A stretch of DNA of 64,000 bases, taken from NCBI RefSeq assembly GCF_001194135.2, contig NC_068984.1, positions 106,569,625 to 106,633,624 of the forward strand. Reading direction: 5' to 3'. The position numbers and the translations under genes were made by a program. The notes beneath the pieces were generated by a model that made no database searches, was not told where the DNA came from, and saw only the letters and a program-made list of their open reading frames with translations. This document shows, piece by piece, positions 24,090-37,279 of the stretch (positions are counted from its first letter, which is position 1; each line of letters starts with the position of its first letter). Source of the stretch: Octopus bimaculoides. Taxonomy: Eukaryota.

Positions 24090-26607
24090 ATGACGACAGT
24101 GACGAAAGCTTCCTTACCTCAGTTTAAGAGAGGCAAGAGTTTGCCAAGAAAATCTGATTGTAACAGCGAAAATGGGGTTGGACCTTTAAGAGACGGCCTC
24201 TCGTTCGGCATTAGCTCAGTAAAAAGGCAGATTGACCTAGGGTGTTATCCTAAGACAACATCAGCTAATAATAAAGTAAGGTGGAGCTAGTGGATCAACG
24301 AAAATACAAGATAGTGATGCAGTGCTACTTAGAAAGTGATCCTCAAATAAGGTGCTATAGAAAACGGATGTTCACACTTTGGAGAGAGAAAGATATTTTT
24401 AAAGTGGCTGACCAGAGACAAGTAGATCAAGCTAATGTTATTAAGAGAAGAAAGTAGATGACAGAATTGGAGGTGGAAGAGATTAAAAGAGAACTGGAAA
24501 AATAATAATGGCAATACCAATAGGGAAGAGACAACTGGCACCAATACGTTAAGTGATTTAAGTCGGGAAACTTTAGATGAGTTGCAGTAAGTAATGAGTA
24601 AAGAAGTAAAAAAAAGATTGCCAGCATCAAAAGGTACCAACAGAAGGAAGCTGCTAGATATGACTAGGAAAGTAGATTCTGTTATCAGTAGGATAGATAC
24701 TAAAAATAAAGGAGACACTAACTTATTAATCTATGCAGGATTGGTAGTAGTTACTAGAAGATTAGATATTACACAAGGAAAGATCAGAAAAAGCAAATGT
24801 GGAAAAGGAGACGACAAAATAAAGTGACAACTTTAAGACAAGATCTGAGTAGAACAGTAACCTGGAAATAGAAAAAGTTAGGTAACACAAGATTTAAATC
24901 TTCTCTCGAGAAAAGATACTTAGTCAAAGAGAAATGCTTTGAGACAATCATAGAAGAGTTGAAACAGCGTATCATAATAGCAGCAGGCAAGCGCTCTAGA
25001 TATCACAAAAAGAATATATCAGTACCAACAGAATAGATTTTCTGAGACAGACTACAGGTGACTTCATAACCAAATAAATAATAAATAGGGAAGATGAGAT
25101 ACCTAATGCAGAAGAAGCTAGGAAGTTCTGGAGTAAGAGTGAGATAAGCCAGTCAATCATAATGGAGATACAGTATAGTTAAAGAAAGTGAGGGAAGAAG
25201 TAGTGAGTGAGAATCAGCCAGAGCTTACAGCAACTCGTGCATTAGGGAGTAAAGTGTTAGATAAAATGCGGAATGGGAAGAGCCCAGGACCAAATTTAGT
25301 TCAAGGATAGATTACAAAAAAGCTATATGATCCCACACTCACGGCTAAGTGAATGTCTGAGTATACTCAGTATAGTAGACACCATAAGATGATTAATTAG
25401 CTCTAGCATGAAGAAATGGAAAGTAGATCTCTACTCAGGCCACACAGACTTAGGGGAGGTTAATATCAAGAGGAATTTTCGAAGCAAACGCGTTATCCCC
25501 TTTCATATTTGTTCTATGTTTCATCTCTCTCAGTTTAGTATTAAGGAAGGCAAATGCATGGTATCAGTTCGGAAATAGTAACGGAAAATTAACCATTTGC
25601 TCTACATGGATGATCTGAAGCTCTTTAGTAAGAATGAAAAAGTGATAGATTTCTTAATACAGGCTGTAAGACTCTTCGGCAAAGATATAGGCATGGAATT
25701 TCATATAGATAAGTGTGTAATGTTAGTCATGAGAAGGGAACAGTGAAGACTACCAATTACCAGATGGTCAGACATTAAAAACATTAAAAGAAGGAGAGAG
25801 TTATAAGTATCTAGGAGTATTAGAATCTGACAGAATACCAACTATAGAACTGATATCGAAAATTGAGAAGTATATCGGAAAGGTGAGGAAGCTAATGAAA
25901 TGTAAAGCTAAATGGGCCAAATCTTGTGAAGGCTGTAAATACTTGGGCAATAACTTTACTTTGTTGATTGAACAAAAACTAACTTAGCAAAGCTAGACAG
26001 AAGATCTAGGAAGAAATTCAATATAAATGGAGGACTCCACACAAGGGGAGAGTATCAAGATTATGCTTGCATAGAAAGGAAGAGGGCTAATATCAGTAGA
26101 AGACTACGTGGAATTAACTAGAATAGATATAGGATCCTATGTAGGTAATAGTGAAGAAAGATTAAGAGCTGCTAGACTCACGGCAAGACATAGGAAAAAA
26201 AACGAAGTTAAAAATGAGAAAAAAAACAAAGGTGATCTGACTGGCAGGAGAAGACTTTGCATGGTAGATTCCCAAAGATAGTTGCAGCAAATAGTTGTAG
26301 TGAGACATGATTATATTTGCAGAAAGGGAGGCTGAAAGGAGACACTAAGTTTGTTAGTAGCTGCCCAAGATCAAGCATTGAGGACTAATTGGATAAAACT
26401 CAAGAAAGACAAAAATCAAGTAGATTATGTAGATTATGAAAATCAAAAGAGGAAAGTGGTACTCATATAGTAAGTGAATGTAACACGCTGACGCAAAAAG
26501 AGTACAAGAAAAGACATGACAACCTAGCGATAGTAATCCACTTGGAGCTAAGTAGAAAGCTAGGATTTGACCATATCGATAAACGGCATGAACATTAGCA
26601 GGAAAGT
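24090..26607 (+). mobile_element. Long, heavily decayed R4/Dong-type LINE (N-terminal domain to CCHC); RLE half absent
   Basis: N-terminal VMQCYLESDPQIRCYRKRM..DQ, GKSPGP, LSPFIF, KINHLLYMDDLKLFSKN, YKYLGVLE, GRGLISVED, AAQDQALRTN. Many stops and frameshifts. Confidence 0.88.
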
Positions 26608-27850
26608 CAGCATCGCACGTGAAGAATTCGACGCACTTTACAGAATTGGTCAAAGATACCCCCATTGAAACCAACCAAATGGTGAGTCTAGATGTGATAA
26701 GTCTGTTCACCAAAGTCCCAACTGGTGAATCACTATCGGTGATTCAAGAAAAACTAGTATCAGACACGCATCTAAAAGAACGCACTAGTATACCTATAAG
26801 AAACCTGGTGGAAATGTTGACCTTCTGTGTAGAAACTACCTACTTAGTATGGACACTGATATATATCTACAAGAAGAGGGTTTAGCTATGCGTTCGCCAT
26901 TATCGCCAATAATAGCCAGAACATACATGGAATACTTTGAGAATTTGGTTTTAGGCTCAACACAACTAAAAACAACCCGATAGCTGCGATATGTTGATGA
27001 CACCTTTACACTCTGGCCCCACCAGGAAGATGTCCGAGTGCTGTTAGATCATGTGAATTCAATAAAGCCATCCACAAGGGAAAACAAGACAAACAGCTAG
27101 CATTCCTGGACGTATTAATAACACACACCAAGTATGGATTCAGGACATCCGTATATCGCAAGCCGAGCTTCACTGGACGATATCTCAACTTCAGTTCCCA
27201 CCATCCATACAGTGTAAAGAGAGGGATTGCTCAGTGCCTAAAACGTCAAGAAAGAATATAAGTAGCGACCGTGATACCCACCACGAAGAAATGATCAAGC
27301 TATGTAACATTCTAATAAATAACATCTACCCCAAGAACATACTATCCACCCCAATTATGAAGAAAAGAGAGGATGAAGCCAATAAACTGTCCACAGTCTG
27401 TCTACCCTGTGTGAACGTCCTCTCCGAAAAGATACAAAGGATATGTGGCCCATATGACATCAGGACAGTATTCAAGAGTAACACAACACTTGGCAAATAT
27501 CTCCGAGTAAAACCAAAGACTGCGTGTACTCCATCCCATGGAGCTGTGGTAGGTTGTACAAAAGCGAAACATGTCGCCCCCTCAAAATAAGGGTAGACGA
27601 ACATTGCAAAGCTGTGACACGAGGAAATATTGATAAATCGGGTATAGCTGATCATGTATAGAAAAATGGAGACCACTTCCCCCTGTGGAATGCAGTTAAA
27701 ATAATAGATAGAGAACACCACTGGAAAATACGAAAAACTAAAAGAAGCAGCACATATGTTAGGACACAACAACCTCCTAAGTGGACCGAGTGCAGATATG
27801 AGTAGCATATGGGTAGCGGTATTAAGGAAAGATAGGAAAATATTAAATTT
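26607..27850 (+). mobile_element. Penelope-like element: RT plus GIY-YIG endonuclease, decayed, 5'-truncated
   Basis: VKNSTHF..MVSLDVISLFTKVP, GLAMRSPLSP, RYVDDTF, LAFLDV, VYRKPSFTGRYLNFSSHHP, CVYSIPWSCGRLY.SET.RPL..RVDEH, SGIADHV, KLKEA. Confidence 0.92.
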
Positions 27851-28870
27851 ATATGTAAAGATATTAAATATTAGATTTATGGATATGTAGAGAAAAGGAG
27901 TGTGGAGAGGTAATGTGGAGAAGTATTTATAATTGTGTACAGTGTCTCACTCTACTTAATCGATATAATGAAGCACTTAGCACCTGTAATCACCGTTTCT
28001 TCCATACATTCAAATTCTATCACAGACACAAATGCACAAATGACCACACAATGTACTCCCACAACTCCCCATAGGTAACCCCAACCAACTCGAGTTAGCA
28101 AATAGGTCCCCCTTCTACCATCTTCAAAATAGGTATTAACTCCTTTTTTAGAATGTTATCACTACTAACTATATTATCGCTACTAACTATATTATCACTA
28201 CTAACTCTATTCTCTTATTTTGCTTCCTTCCTATGATACTATTCTCCAAATGCCAGCAATACCATCACCACCTACAGGTTCCTTCATATCCTAACACTGT
28301 ACACAATTATAAATGCTTCTCCACATTACCTCTCCACACTCCTTTTCTCTACCTATCCATTTCTTTACTAAACTTATACATCCACCCCCAAATTCTTCCC
28401 TTTGCTCTCTCTCCTTCTTCCTTCCTTCCTGTCACTATAACTGACCTAACGATCGTTTACTACTACAAACTGTATCTCCAATTACTTCCTCTTCCCTTCC
28501 TTCCTGTCTTAAGGCTTGACATCTTAATCCTACACACATCTCTCACTGGATTCGGACTATCCTTTTGAGTAAACAACGCACAGAATATACTGAATACGAT
28601 ATGATATATATCCACCTTTCCAACTACAATTATCTCCGGAAAATACCCACAAGGATTCTTTACATGGATGTCTACTGTTGGAATGGAACTATACTCCAAG
28701 TATTTTCTCTTCTTTGTTCTTTCTTCTATGCATCGCTCTCACTTCTTACTACATATCTCCTCTTATAGATGTAATAATCCATTCTTCTACTATTACCGTC
28801 TCCGATGAAGGGATACATTGGATTTTTCCAGAAACTGCTGTAAGACTTTATACATAAAATATAATTCTAC
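27851..28870 (+). mobile_element. Probable pseudo-LTR / 3' region of the Penelope-like element
   Basis: Pyrimidine-rich non-coding tract with an internal inverted repeat (27879-27945 / 28294-28360), an 18-bp x3 tandem near 28160-28210, and a terminal hammerhead-like motif. Confidence 0.55.
28798..28846 (+). ncRNA. Type I hammerhead-like motif (family 1), variant core
   Basis: GTCT-CCGATGA-agggatacattggatttttcca-GAAA-CTGCTG-TA/AGAC; homologous to 2501-2548. Confidence 0.6.
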
Positions 28871-29112
28871 CTTTGCCATTGGTCTCTTTATCTTATTCTT
28901 TCTTTACATGTACACACGCTAATACACGACCCATGTTATATTTCCCACTCATGTTGCAACCACGTCAGGGGCAAAACTAGTCGGTATACAGCAATTACTC
29001 GGTATTACCTATATCCTTAGGGTTTGGTTAACTCCAATACCCTTCATAACCTATNNNNNNNNNNNNNNNNNNNNNNNNNNNNNNNNNNNNNNNNNNNNNN
29101 NNNNNNNNNNNN

Positions 29113-29179
<67 letters not shown>

Positions 29180-29417
29180 AATAGAGCCGGAGTTAGAGGT
29201 GAAGGTTGATGAGATAAATGGCAAAGAGAGCATCGTTCGAATGAGAAAGGGAGGGGGTGATAGATGAATAACGAAGGCAGGAGTGAAAAAGCTGATAAAC
29301 GGCGTTTGAAGTGTGAGTACGTGTCCATATATGTGCGTGCACAAGAGAACCATGTGAAACTTTACATATATATGTAAAGTAAAGAAAGTATAAAAAATAA
29401 TCCAAAATCCTTGTCTG

Positions 29418-29570
29418 ATATCGGATCAATTCTAAAATCTAATCAGTTCATGCCAGGCACGAAGCCAAACATCCCTGAAAGTTTCATCCGAATCAATCCA
29501 GTGGTTCTTGAGATATCTGGTCCACGGACAAACAAACAAATAAACACGACTTAAAGCGGAGGTAATAATA
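29418..29570. mobile_element. Short non-autonomous DNA element, possibly Helentron/HINE-like
   Basis: (ACAA)n core near the end and a terminal gcggaggtaat. Single copy here, so the classification is recall only. Confidence 0.3.
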
Positions 29571-30230
29571 AATGCAGAATGTATGTTGAGAGGGGTGAAA
29601 CGGTATAGCACATCATTAACGAATGCCCGAAATTGGCACAACGCGAATACAAAAGACATGACAATATGCCAAGAATGATTGATTGGGAGTTTTGTGAAAA
29701 TCACGCCCTACAAAGAGCAAACCCCAGAACCAATCACCGAGATTGAAAATTGCAAATTCCTGTGGGACACAATGATTCAGTGCCATCACCTGACCAAACA
29801 TCGGAAACTAAACATTGTTGTGGTAGAAAAAAACGAAAGAAGCTGCATGATAATCAACATAGTATGTCCCGATGACAACATCATCAAAGAGGAAGAAGAA
29901 AAATTGAACAACTATGAGCATGCGAACTGAGAAATAGGAAGCTCGTGGTCAATGAGGAGAGTAGACGTGGTACCAATAGTAATTGGCACATTTTGAAGTA
30001 TCAGCACTCATCTTCCAACATAGTTCAAAAAGAGTTCAAAAAGATTGGTACAAATGCAAAGGTAGAAAAACTACAAAAATCAGCATTGCTTGGAACTGCA
30101 AGAATTCTTCGCAAAGTTCTTGAGACATAACCAGTAGTTAGTTGGACCTTAGTCTGCTAGCTGTGGACAGCTGATACTTTCTATTATACCCAGCAAAATA
30201 AACGGTGAGTTTGCATCAATTAATAATAAT
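29570..30230 (+). mobile_element. R4-type 3' fragment (CCHC, RLE, 3' UTR), (TAA/GAT)n tail
   Basis: ETV*HIINECPKLAQREYKRHDN, KFLWDTMIQ..RKLNIVVVEK..IINIVCPDD..EEEKLNNY, LQKSALLGTARILRKVLET*. Confidence 0.88.
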
Positions 30231-30369
30231 GATTATGATAATGATGATTTCGTTATTCACCACTAAGGGTTGACAAAAGACGTTGGGGACATTACAAGGC
30301 AATACAATGTAGGTTACATAAAAAGTGTGCAAAATGTAAAAAATAACAAAAACAGTAACAATATATATT

Positions 30370-30880
30370 TTAACTATGAAAAACGCCCCAAAAGTTGACT
30401 ACGCAAGGTTGTTCGTGACCCCCCCCCCGAATCACGGTCACCCTGGCCACTAGAGAAAGTCCCCTTGCCATATCGTCTTTTTTAAATCTACAGGCTCCTC
30501 GAACGTATCTTGCCACATTCACCTATCTTTCCAGAACGTATCTTGCAACATTCACTCACCTTTCCAGAAAATTACTGAGAGGTAGTACTTCTCTCTCTAG
30601 CCTCACTTTTCTTTTCAAGAGGAAAGTATGTCTTAATCCCTTTCAATCTGGTCTAACATACAACCTCTTTCGTTCACGAAGGCCACCAGACAAAAATAAA
30701 CACTGCTTGCCCTACAAAAATTATGCCTATCTCCATTAGAATACACATATTTCAAAGACACTCATTCTTTTCACATATCCTCTACCTGGTATGGACGGCT
30801 GTAACCGACATGCTGAACAGAACTTGTATGTGGACACAGCTACTATGTTAATACAATCCATTGTCTCTTGTATATGGATA
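30370..30880 (-). mobile_element. Probable L1/Tx1-type LINE 3' end, with a 33-bp tandem duplication at 30501-30566
   Basis: Minus strand KEVVC*TRLKGIKT..KRKVRLEREVLPLSNFLER*VNVARY resembles L1/Tx1 ORF2 C-termini. The tandem duplication is seen directly. Confidence 0.4.
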
Positions 30881-30924
30881 TTAAATTTTATGCAGCAGAT
30901 GATAATCAAATAGAAACGCTACTA

Positions 30925-31945
30925 CGGATAGTACACGGATTTATCATAGAGATCAGTATTTGATTCGACTTAGAAAAGAGGAAACTAGAAAAGAGAAAAC
31001 TATTTAAGAAAAGTGATATCGTAGTAGATAAAGAAACAGAAATAAGATAACTAAACTAAACGTAGACATACAAACTACATAGGAATCAATGAACCAGATA
31101 CAGTACAAAACGCAAAATCAAAGAAAAGATAAGGGAGGAATATTATAGACGAATTAGACTTTAAGCAGTTTTATGCAAAGGAAAACATAAAACATTAACC
31201 AACACTACTCTAGCTGTCTAGTCATAAGTTAGTTGTTATATTCTTGACTGGATTCTAAATCAACTAAGAAAGTTAGAGAGTTGAACAAGAAAAAAATTGA
31301 CTGTATTTACAATACGCCTCTCAAACTCTGACAGAGAAAGGTTATAAATATATAACAAATTGACAGCAGTAGAGGCCCTATACGACAAGAACTACCATTA
31401 AATATCACATCCACCGCAGAACTTCAAGAATATCTAATTCAGAATCAAGGAAAACTGATACGAATAGCCATAAAGCATGAAGAAACCACAAAAAAAAATC
31501 GTTTTCTCTCTTCAACGAAAGAAAAATACACAAAGCAGAGAGAATAATGATGATAATTATGAAGAAGAAATATAGCAATAAAAGCTGTAAAGCAGCTAAA
31601 ATCTAAGCTAAAACTACAACTACAGAATGCTATGATAAAACAAGACCCCAAAAACCCATTACATGGCGCAGACATTGGAATAAACCGAACAGAAAAGATT
31701 TAAATAAAGTAAAATCCCAACATTGGCTGAAAAGCGTGGGTCTAGAAGCAGAGATTAAAAGGTTTGTTATTGCGGCACAAGATCATATCCTCTCCATCAG
31801 GGACCACAAAAAACATGCTATGAAACAGAATACAATAAGTAACTGCACAATATAAGTCAATCCAGGGTAAGAAACAATAAATCACATTTTCTCTGAGTAT
31901 CTAGTCTTGGTCAAGAAAGAATATACTCACAAACATGACAGGATA
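30925..31945 (+). mobile_element. Degraded R4-type RT-thumb-CCHC fragment (subfamily of 19824-21468)
   Basis: Collinear with about 19920-20905: KEKIREEYYRRIR, KPLHG, QHWLKSVGLEAEIK.FVIAAQD, ETINHI, KKEYTHKHD. Confidence 0.8.
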
Positions 31946-32099
31946 GAAAATTATCTTCAACAAAGACAAAAATTATGAAACAGAGGCTGAATGAAAAATG
32001 AAAGGAAGATGAAAAACAAAGAAGGACATTTAATAATAGACATTGCAAAAATGATAAAATCTAAGATTTGAGCTTAATTATGTGTATAGAATGCCTTGA

Positions 32100-32340
32100 T
32101 AAAGCGAAGGTGAAGAAACCTCTAAAAGGCGAATACCTGAAAAACACAATTGGTTACAAGTAGACAAGGAAAAATCGCAAACTACCTAAAAGGACAGGAT
32201 TTGACCTTGAGATTGAAGGGCTCTTGATTGCGGTACGGAATCAAATCCTACAAGATATTCCAAAGGAGCATGCCAGAAAGCAGAGTGCGGTGATTGACTG
32301 TAGAGTATATAGAAATATGGAAAAAACAATAATTAACCAA
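32100..32340 (+). mobile_element. Further degraded R4-type fragment
   Basis: KPLKGEY..DKEKSQ..EIEGLLIAVRNQIL..CRVYRNMEKT. Confidence 0.5.
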
Positions 32341-33205
32341 AATGTTTTGGAGTGACGTATCTTATGTAAAAATAATAATACATCCAATGGTATGAGAGAC
32401 ATACGATTTACAAACACTGAAAGTAATGCTAGCATAATGACACTGATAGTAATGCTAGCATAATGAAAAATCAACAGAAATAAACGATATATGTAAAAGC
32501 ATTGTTATTTGAGAAAATACTCTCTGGTTGCAACGAAATAGAGAAATGTATCACCTACTTCCTTGTCGGTTCTTGGATAAATTCCTTAGGCGAGTAGGTA
32601 CTGCCTTTCCGACACACCTCGTTCATTGCTCCATGGTTTCCTTGCACTAGTTCACATCGAGAACCTCCGTATGAACCACAACATTAGTAGATGATTGTAG
32701 TGAGAAGGCTATCGTCATTGTTTTCGCTGTTGATATGTCATTTTTGTTTTTATATTTTAGTTAGTGTTTTCAGTATTTATTATCATTTTTATTTTATTTA
32801 TTTTTTTGTTGGTATTTTCCAATATTCGAAGATAAGCTGTCTTTAATTTTCGCGAAGTCACTTTCTTGAAATATATTTTCCTGTTTGAAAATGAATGGAT
32901 ATGGTGTGTGTAAATTTGTGTTATTAAAACTAATGTTACGACTCTTGTGGCGACCTCCTCCTATTGTTATTTATCGTGCGAGTAAATCATTGCAAATGGC
33001 CGCTGAAAGAAAGAAACAATCTAGAAATCGGTTTTGAGAATCATTTATCAAGAACAAGTGCACTGCAGTGCGCTATCAAAATAATTCGAAACCGTTTGTC
33101 GGTAAGCAAGCCAACAACCCATTTCTGAATAGATCATCCGTTAAAAAAGTACTTTTCACTCTAGAGTTCTGACTCAGATATTCCTTTCCTCGAACATTCA
33201 GCTAT

Positions 33206-33350
33206 CCTCCTCCTCCTTCTCCTCCTCCTCCTCCTCCTCCTCCTCCTCCTCCTNNNNNNNNNNNNNNNNNNNNNNNNNNNNNNNNNNNNNNNNNNNNNNN
33301 NNNNNNNNNNNNNNNNNNNNNNNNNNNNNNNNNNNNNNNNNNNNNNNNNN

Positions 33351-33381
<31 letters not shown>

Positions 33382-33382
33382 T

Positions 33383-33438
<56 letters not shown>
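33206..33438. repeat. (CCT)n, N-gap, then (ACT)n/(GCT)n microsatellites
   Basis: Direct reading. Confidence 0.93.
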
Positions 33439-34490
33439 TCACGTGCGGATACTGATCGTCTATATATGAAGAGAGCAAATAGAGGAAGAGAGCTGATAAG
33501 TGTGGAAGACTGCGTGCGTATCTAACTCGAGAGCTCAATGAGATACCAAGCCCAAAGTAAGGAAATCTTGCTAGTGACAGTTAAAGCAGAGAAAAAAAGT
33601 AAAAAAAAGGAAGAAGTGCAAAAAGGACATGAAGAAGAATTACACAAGAAGGGACTACACAATCAATTCCATGCAGCCACAGCAGAAGTTAGTTACTGGA
33701 AAAAATAGGTGGGATTGGCTGATGAAAGAAACACTGAAAGAAGAGACCGAGAGCACTATACTGGCAGCGCAAGACCAAGCTTTAGCCACGAACCCTAGGA
33801 ATGAGCAAGTGTCTCCGCTGTGCCGCATCTTCAATAGAGTGGATGAAACCATTGTCCATATCACAAACGAATGCCCTAGACTTGCCCAAAACCACTACAA
33901 GTTGTGGCGTCACAATCAGGTAGCGAAAGTGCTACATTGGAAGCTGTGTGAAAAGGGGGTGGGCTAGAGAGAGGCAAGTCGTGGTATGAGCACAAATCGC
34001 AGAGTGTGACGGATTCGGAGACTGGCAAAATCCACTGGGATTTCCCAATCCAAACCCATGAGGTGATAGAGAGCATACAGACCAGACCTAGTGGTGGTGG
34101 ATAAGATGCACCACATATGCTATATAGTTGATGTTGCATGCCCCTTTGACATACAAATAATCAAGAAGGTAGGCAAAAAGATAAATAAATACAACCCTCT
34201 TGCGTATGAAATAACCAGGCTATGGAAAATGAAGGTGAAGATAGTGCCAATTATTGTTGGGTCCTTGGGAACAGTAATCATCAAGAGGAATATAAAGGAA
34301 ATTGAAACAGAGCGCTCACTAGAACTGTTATTAAAACTTTTGCCTCATTGGGAAGGCTAGAATAATCAGGAAAGTATTAAATAGCTGAAAAGAATGGGTA
34401 GCATGGTACCATATGTTGCAGGTAGTAAGCTCGCTACGCATGTAAGACTCCAGGAGCTGAAATAAAACGTGATGAAGAGAAATAATAATA
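33439..34490 (+). mobile_element. R4-type LINE 3' fragment (thumb, CCHC, RLE, 3' UTR), short (AAT) tail
   Basis: DTDRLYMKRANRGRELISVEDC, LKEETESTILAAQDQALAT, CRIFNRVDETIVHITNECPRLAQNHY, RPDLVVVD..YIVDVACPFD, EITRLWKMKVKIVPIIVGSLG. Confidence 0.9.
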
Positions 34491-34529
34491 AAGGTTTAAA
34501 ATTTTGAAGCAAGATCAGCAGGTTCGGAG

Positions 34530-34976
34530 TAAAGGGCTAGTCGATTATCCAAATTGCTCAAGTGGTACTTATTTTCTCGTTGTAGAAAGAATGAAAACAA
34601 GGTCAAGGTCGTCAAATTTTGAACTCATAACATAAAGAACGACAAAATACCGCCCTGTAAGTGGTCAACAATCTAACGAATCTTATGACCTTGGCGTTGT
34701 TATAATCGTAATATCCAGCAGGAGACCGCCTGGAGAGCGGTCTTTCTGCTAACAATACTAATGACTCTTTCTACTATAGGCACAAGGCCTGAAATTTTGA
34801 TGGAAGGGATGCTATTCGGTTACGTTTAAGCCAATACTCGACTGGTGCTTAATTGATCTACCGCGAAGGGATGAGAAGTAACGTCGACCTCGGCGGAATT
34901 TGAAAAAACATAACGCCGGAATAATCGGCTTGAAGTATTTTGTCCTGCTTACTAACAATCCTGCTAGATCGCCGCC
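34530..34976 (-). mobile_element. Two adjacent diverged SINE family B copies (about 34530-34655 and 34767-34976)
   Basis: aggcacaaggcctgaaatttt..gtcgacctcggcggaatttgaa..ctgctagatcgccgcc. Confidence 0.7.
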
Positions 34977-35039
34977 ATAACAGCCGACGAGAGAGACGAA
35001 TCCCTAATGTGTATGGAATTACATGGTCAGTTCCACTGT

Positions 35040-35590
35040 GAAACCAACAAATTAAAAGACAGGAAGCATCATGGAGGTGGCTCAATAAATGTAACCTAAA
35101 AAAGAATACTGAAAGCCTAATCATTGCTGCCCAAGACTAGGCATTGAAAACCAACTCAGTGAAAAGATATATATATATATACCGCATAAGTGCAACGGAC
35201 CTCTACAAAGCGGAAGAGCGTTGAAAGCGTGTCTCCCATTGTTAGTGCTTGTGAAAGTTTTGCCCAAAACCTCTACTGGCTACTATGCCGTAAGTATGGA
35301 TATGAGGTTACAGGTGCTTTGTACCAACACACACCGGAAAAGGTAATCGAGGAAAAGAGAGGGCAAAAATCCTCTGGGACTTTGACTTCCAGACAGACAA
35401 GGTGTTAGATCACCGAAAGCCGGATATAGTAACCTTTAAGAGGGAGAAACAAGAGTGCCTAATAATAGACGTGGCAGTGCCTCCAATCGACCAAACATTG
35501 TGGGCAAGATCAAAATGTCTCAACAAAGGAATACGTAAAGCTTTCTCACTAAAAAGATCTGCAAATTGAAATCACAAAAATGTGGAAGCT
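35040..35590 (+). mobile_element. Degraded R4-type CCHC/RLE fragment
   Basis: LKKNTESLIIAAQD*AL, ESVSPIVSACESFA, ILWDFDFQTDKVLDHRKPDIV..CLIIDVAVP. Confidence 0.8.
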
Positions 35591-35720
35591 TTCTACTAAA
35601 GGCACAAGCCCTGAAATTTTGAGGGAGTGAACAAGTCGATTATTTCCCCACTAACAGGGAAATGAAGATTCGACCAGATATTGTTGTCTAGCAGTAGACG
35701 AAAAGAAATACCGCTTAACC
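35590..35720 (-). mobile_element. SINE family B, internally deleted
   Basis: ctttctactaaaggcacaagccctgaaatttt..agtcgatt..gaaataccgct. Confidence 0.55.
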
Positions 35721-36589
35721 GACGAACTGGTCATAAGGGTGGATAGTATGTTTTTTCCGAGAAATAGACGAAAACAATTATGATAAATAAGCAAATGAAT
35801 AAGTAAACAATTAAATAAAAAGTGACTCTTCATATTAAGAACTGAAAATAAACGTTCAATAATTAGGGATCTATGATATGAGAGGATTTCAGAATGGTTA
35901 AAAAAAGACAACAAAGTATCAATATATTACTCAGAACGAATGAAACAACGGTTAAAAGTATGAAAAGAAGCATGGACATTTAGTACAAACATGAAAATGC
36001 TTGGGACAGGCACAGGGTCCTATTACTCAGCAGTCAAATTTGGGGATTTTTATAAAAGGAAACAGTTAACCACTGTGAGTTATGTAATTGAGTAAGTTAC
36101 ATCATCTTAAAATATATGGCATTGAGCAATTGGGTCCTATCTTAAAAATCAATTATAATTGTTGTAACTAAAAGTCACTGTAGAAATTCAACGGTAATTT
36201 TAAAAACTATAAAATTGTTAGAAGTTTATGCAGGACCATAAAATATATAATTCCTTTGAAATCATTAGATTTTAAAGCGTTTGATGCCTAAGATAGCGTA
36301 AGATACGTAAGTAGTACTGAAGATACAGTCTCAAAAGAAAACGCTAATATTACTGGCACTTATCATCTCTTCAATCTATTATGTACATCAAATAGAACGA
36401 CATCGAAGTATAATCAATCTCTAATATTGTTCTAATACGGGATTACATTGATAAAACTTGAACAAATTATAATATATTATACTATACAATAATTTTCATG
36501 CTAGACAAAAGTATATGTGGTTGGAACTGGACCTTGTGTACCAGTGAATGAAGTGCAGTAGACGACAATCTGAGCTGTGAAGCCACAAT

Positions 36590-36597
36590 ACACACAT

Positions 36598-36692
<95 letters not shown>
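36590..36692. repeat. (CA)n microsatellite
   Basis: Direct reading. Confidence 0.97.
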
Positions 36693-36694
<2 letters not shown>

Positions 36695-37279
36695 TACATT
36701 TCGAAAGAAAGAATTTTTGTTGTTTGATACCATTGATTCTGATACTTCAGTGGTACTTTATGTGATCGACATCGAAAGTTGATGTTAGCTGGATTTGAAT
36801 TCAGAATATAAAGAGGGAAAAGAAAAACTGCAAAACCTTTTTCCTTTTTGGTAATGATTCTGCCAATTAAACTCCATTACAACTATAATTTGGATGTGAC
36901 GTAGGTGGATGTGTGTGCGCGCGTGTTTGTGTGTGCGTGTGTATGTGTGTGTATGTGTGTGTATAGGTATGTATGTATATATAACTGTATCTACATATAA
37001 CTGTATCTTGGTAGGTATGTGAATAATAATACACGCACTGGTTCTATTTCACGTTATTTAATATTACAATATTACAGGGAAGCAATTAACGAGTTGATTA
37101 ATAAGTTAATCAAGTGTTTGAGGGATCGTTCGATCAATTAATCAATCAGCTACCTTCGTCAGAGTTCTTTCGTCGCCATTTAGTTACGCAGCATTGACAT
37201 GCTCTCTTTATTTCAGGTCTGTCGTCTGTCTCCTAGTTTTACAGATTTCATATTTATATTTTGAGGATATGGAAGAAAG

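Noticed and set aside
28160-28210. Short tandem units as CRISPR-like arrays (also 8565-8600, 30501-30566, 32430-32465, 46482-46514)
   Set aside because: Adjacent tandem duplications with no spacers, in eukaryotic context.
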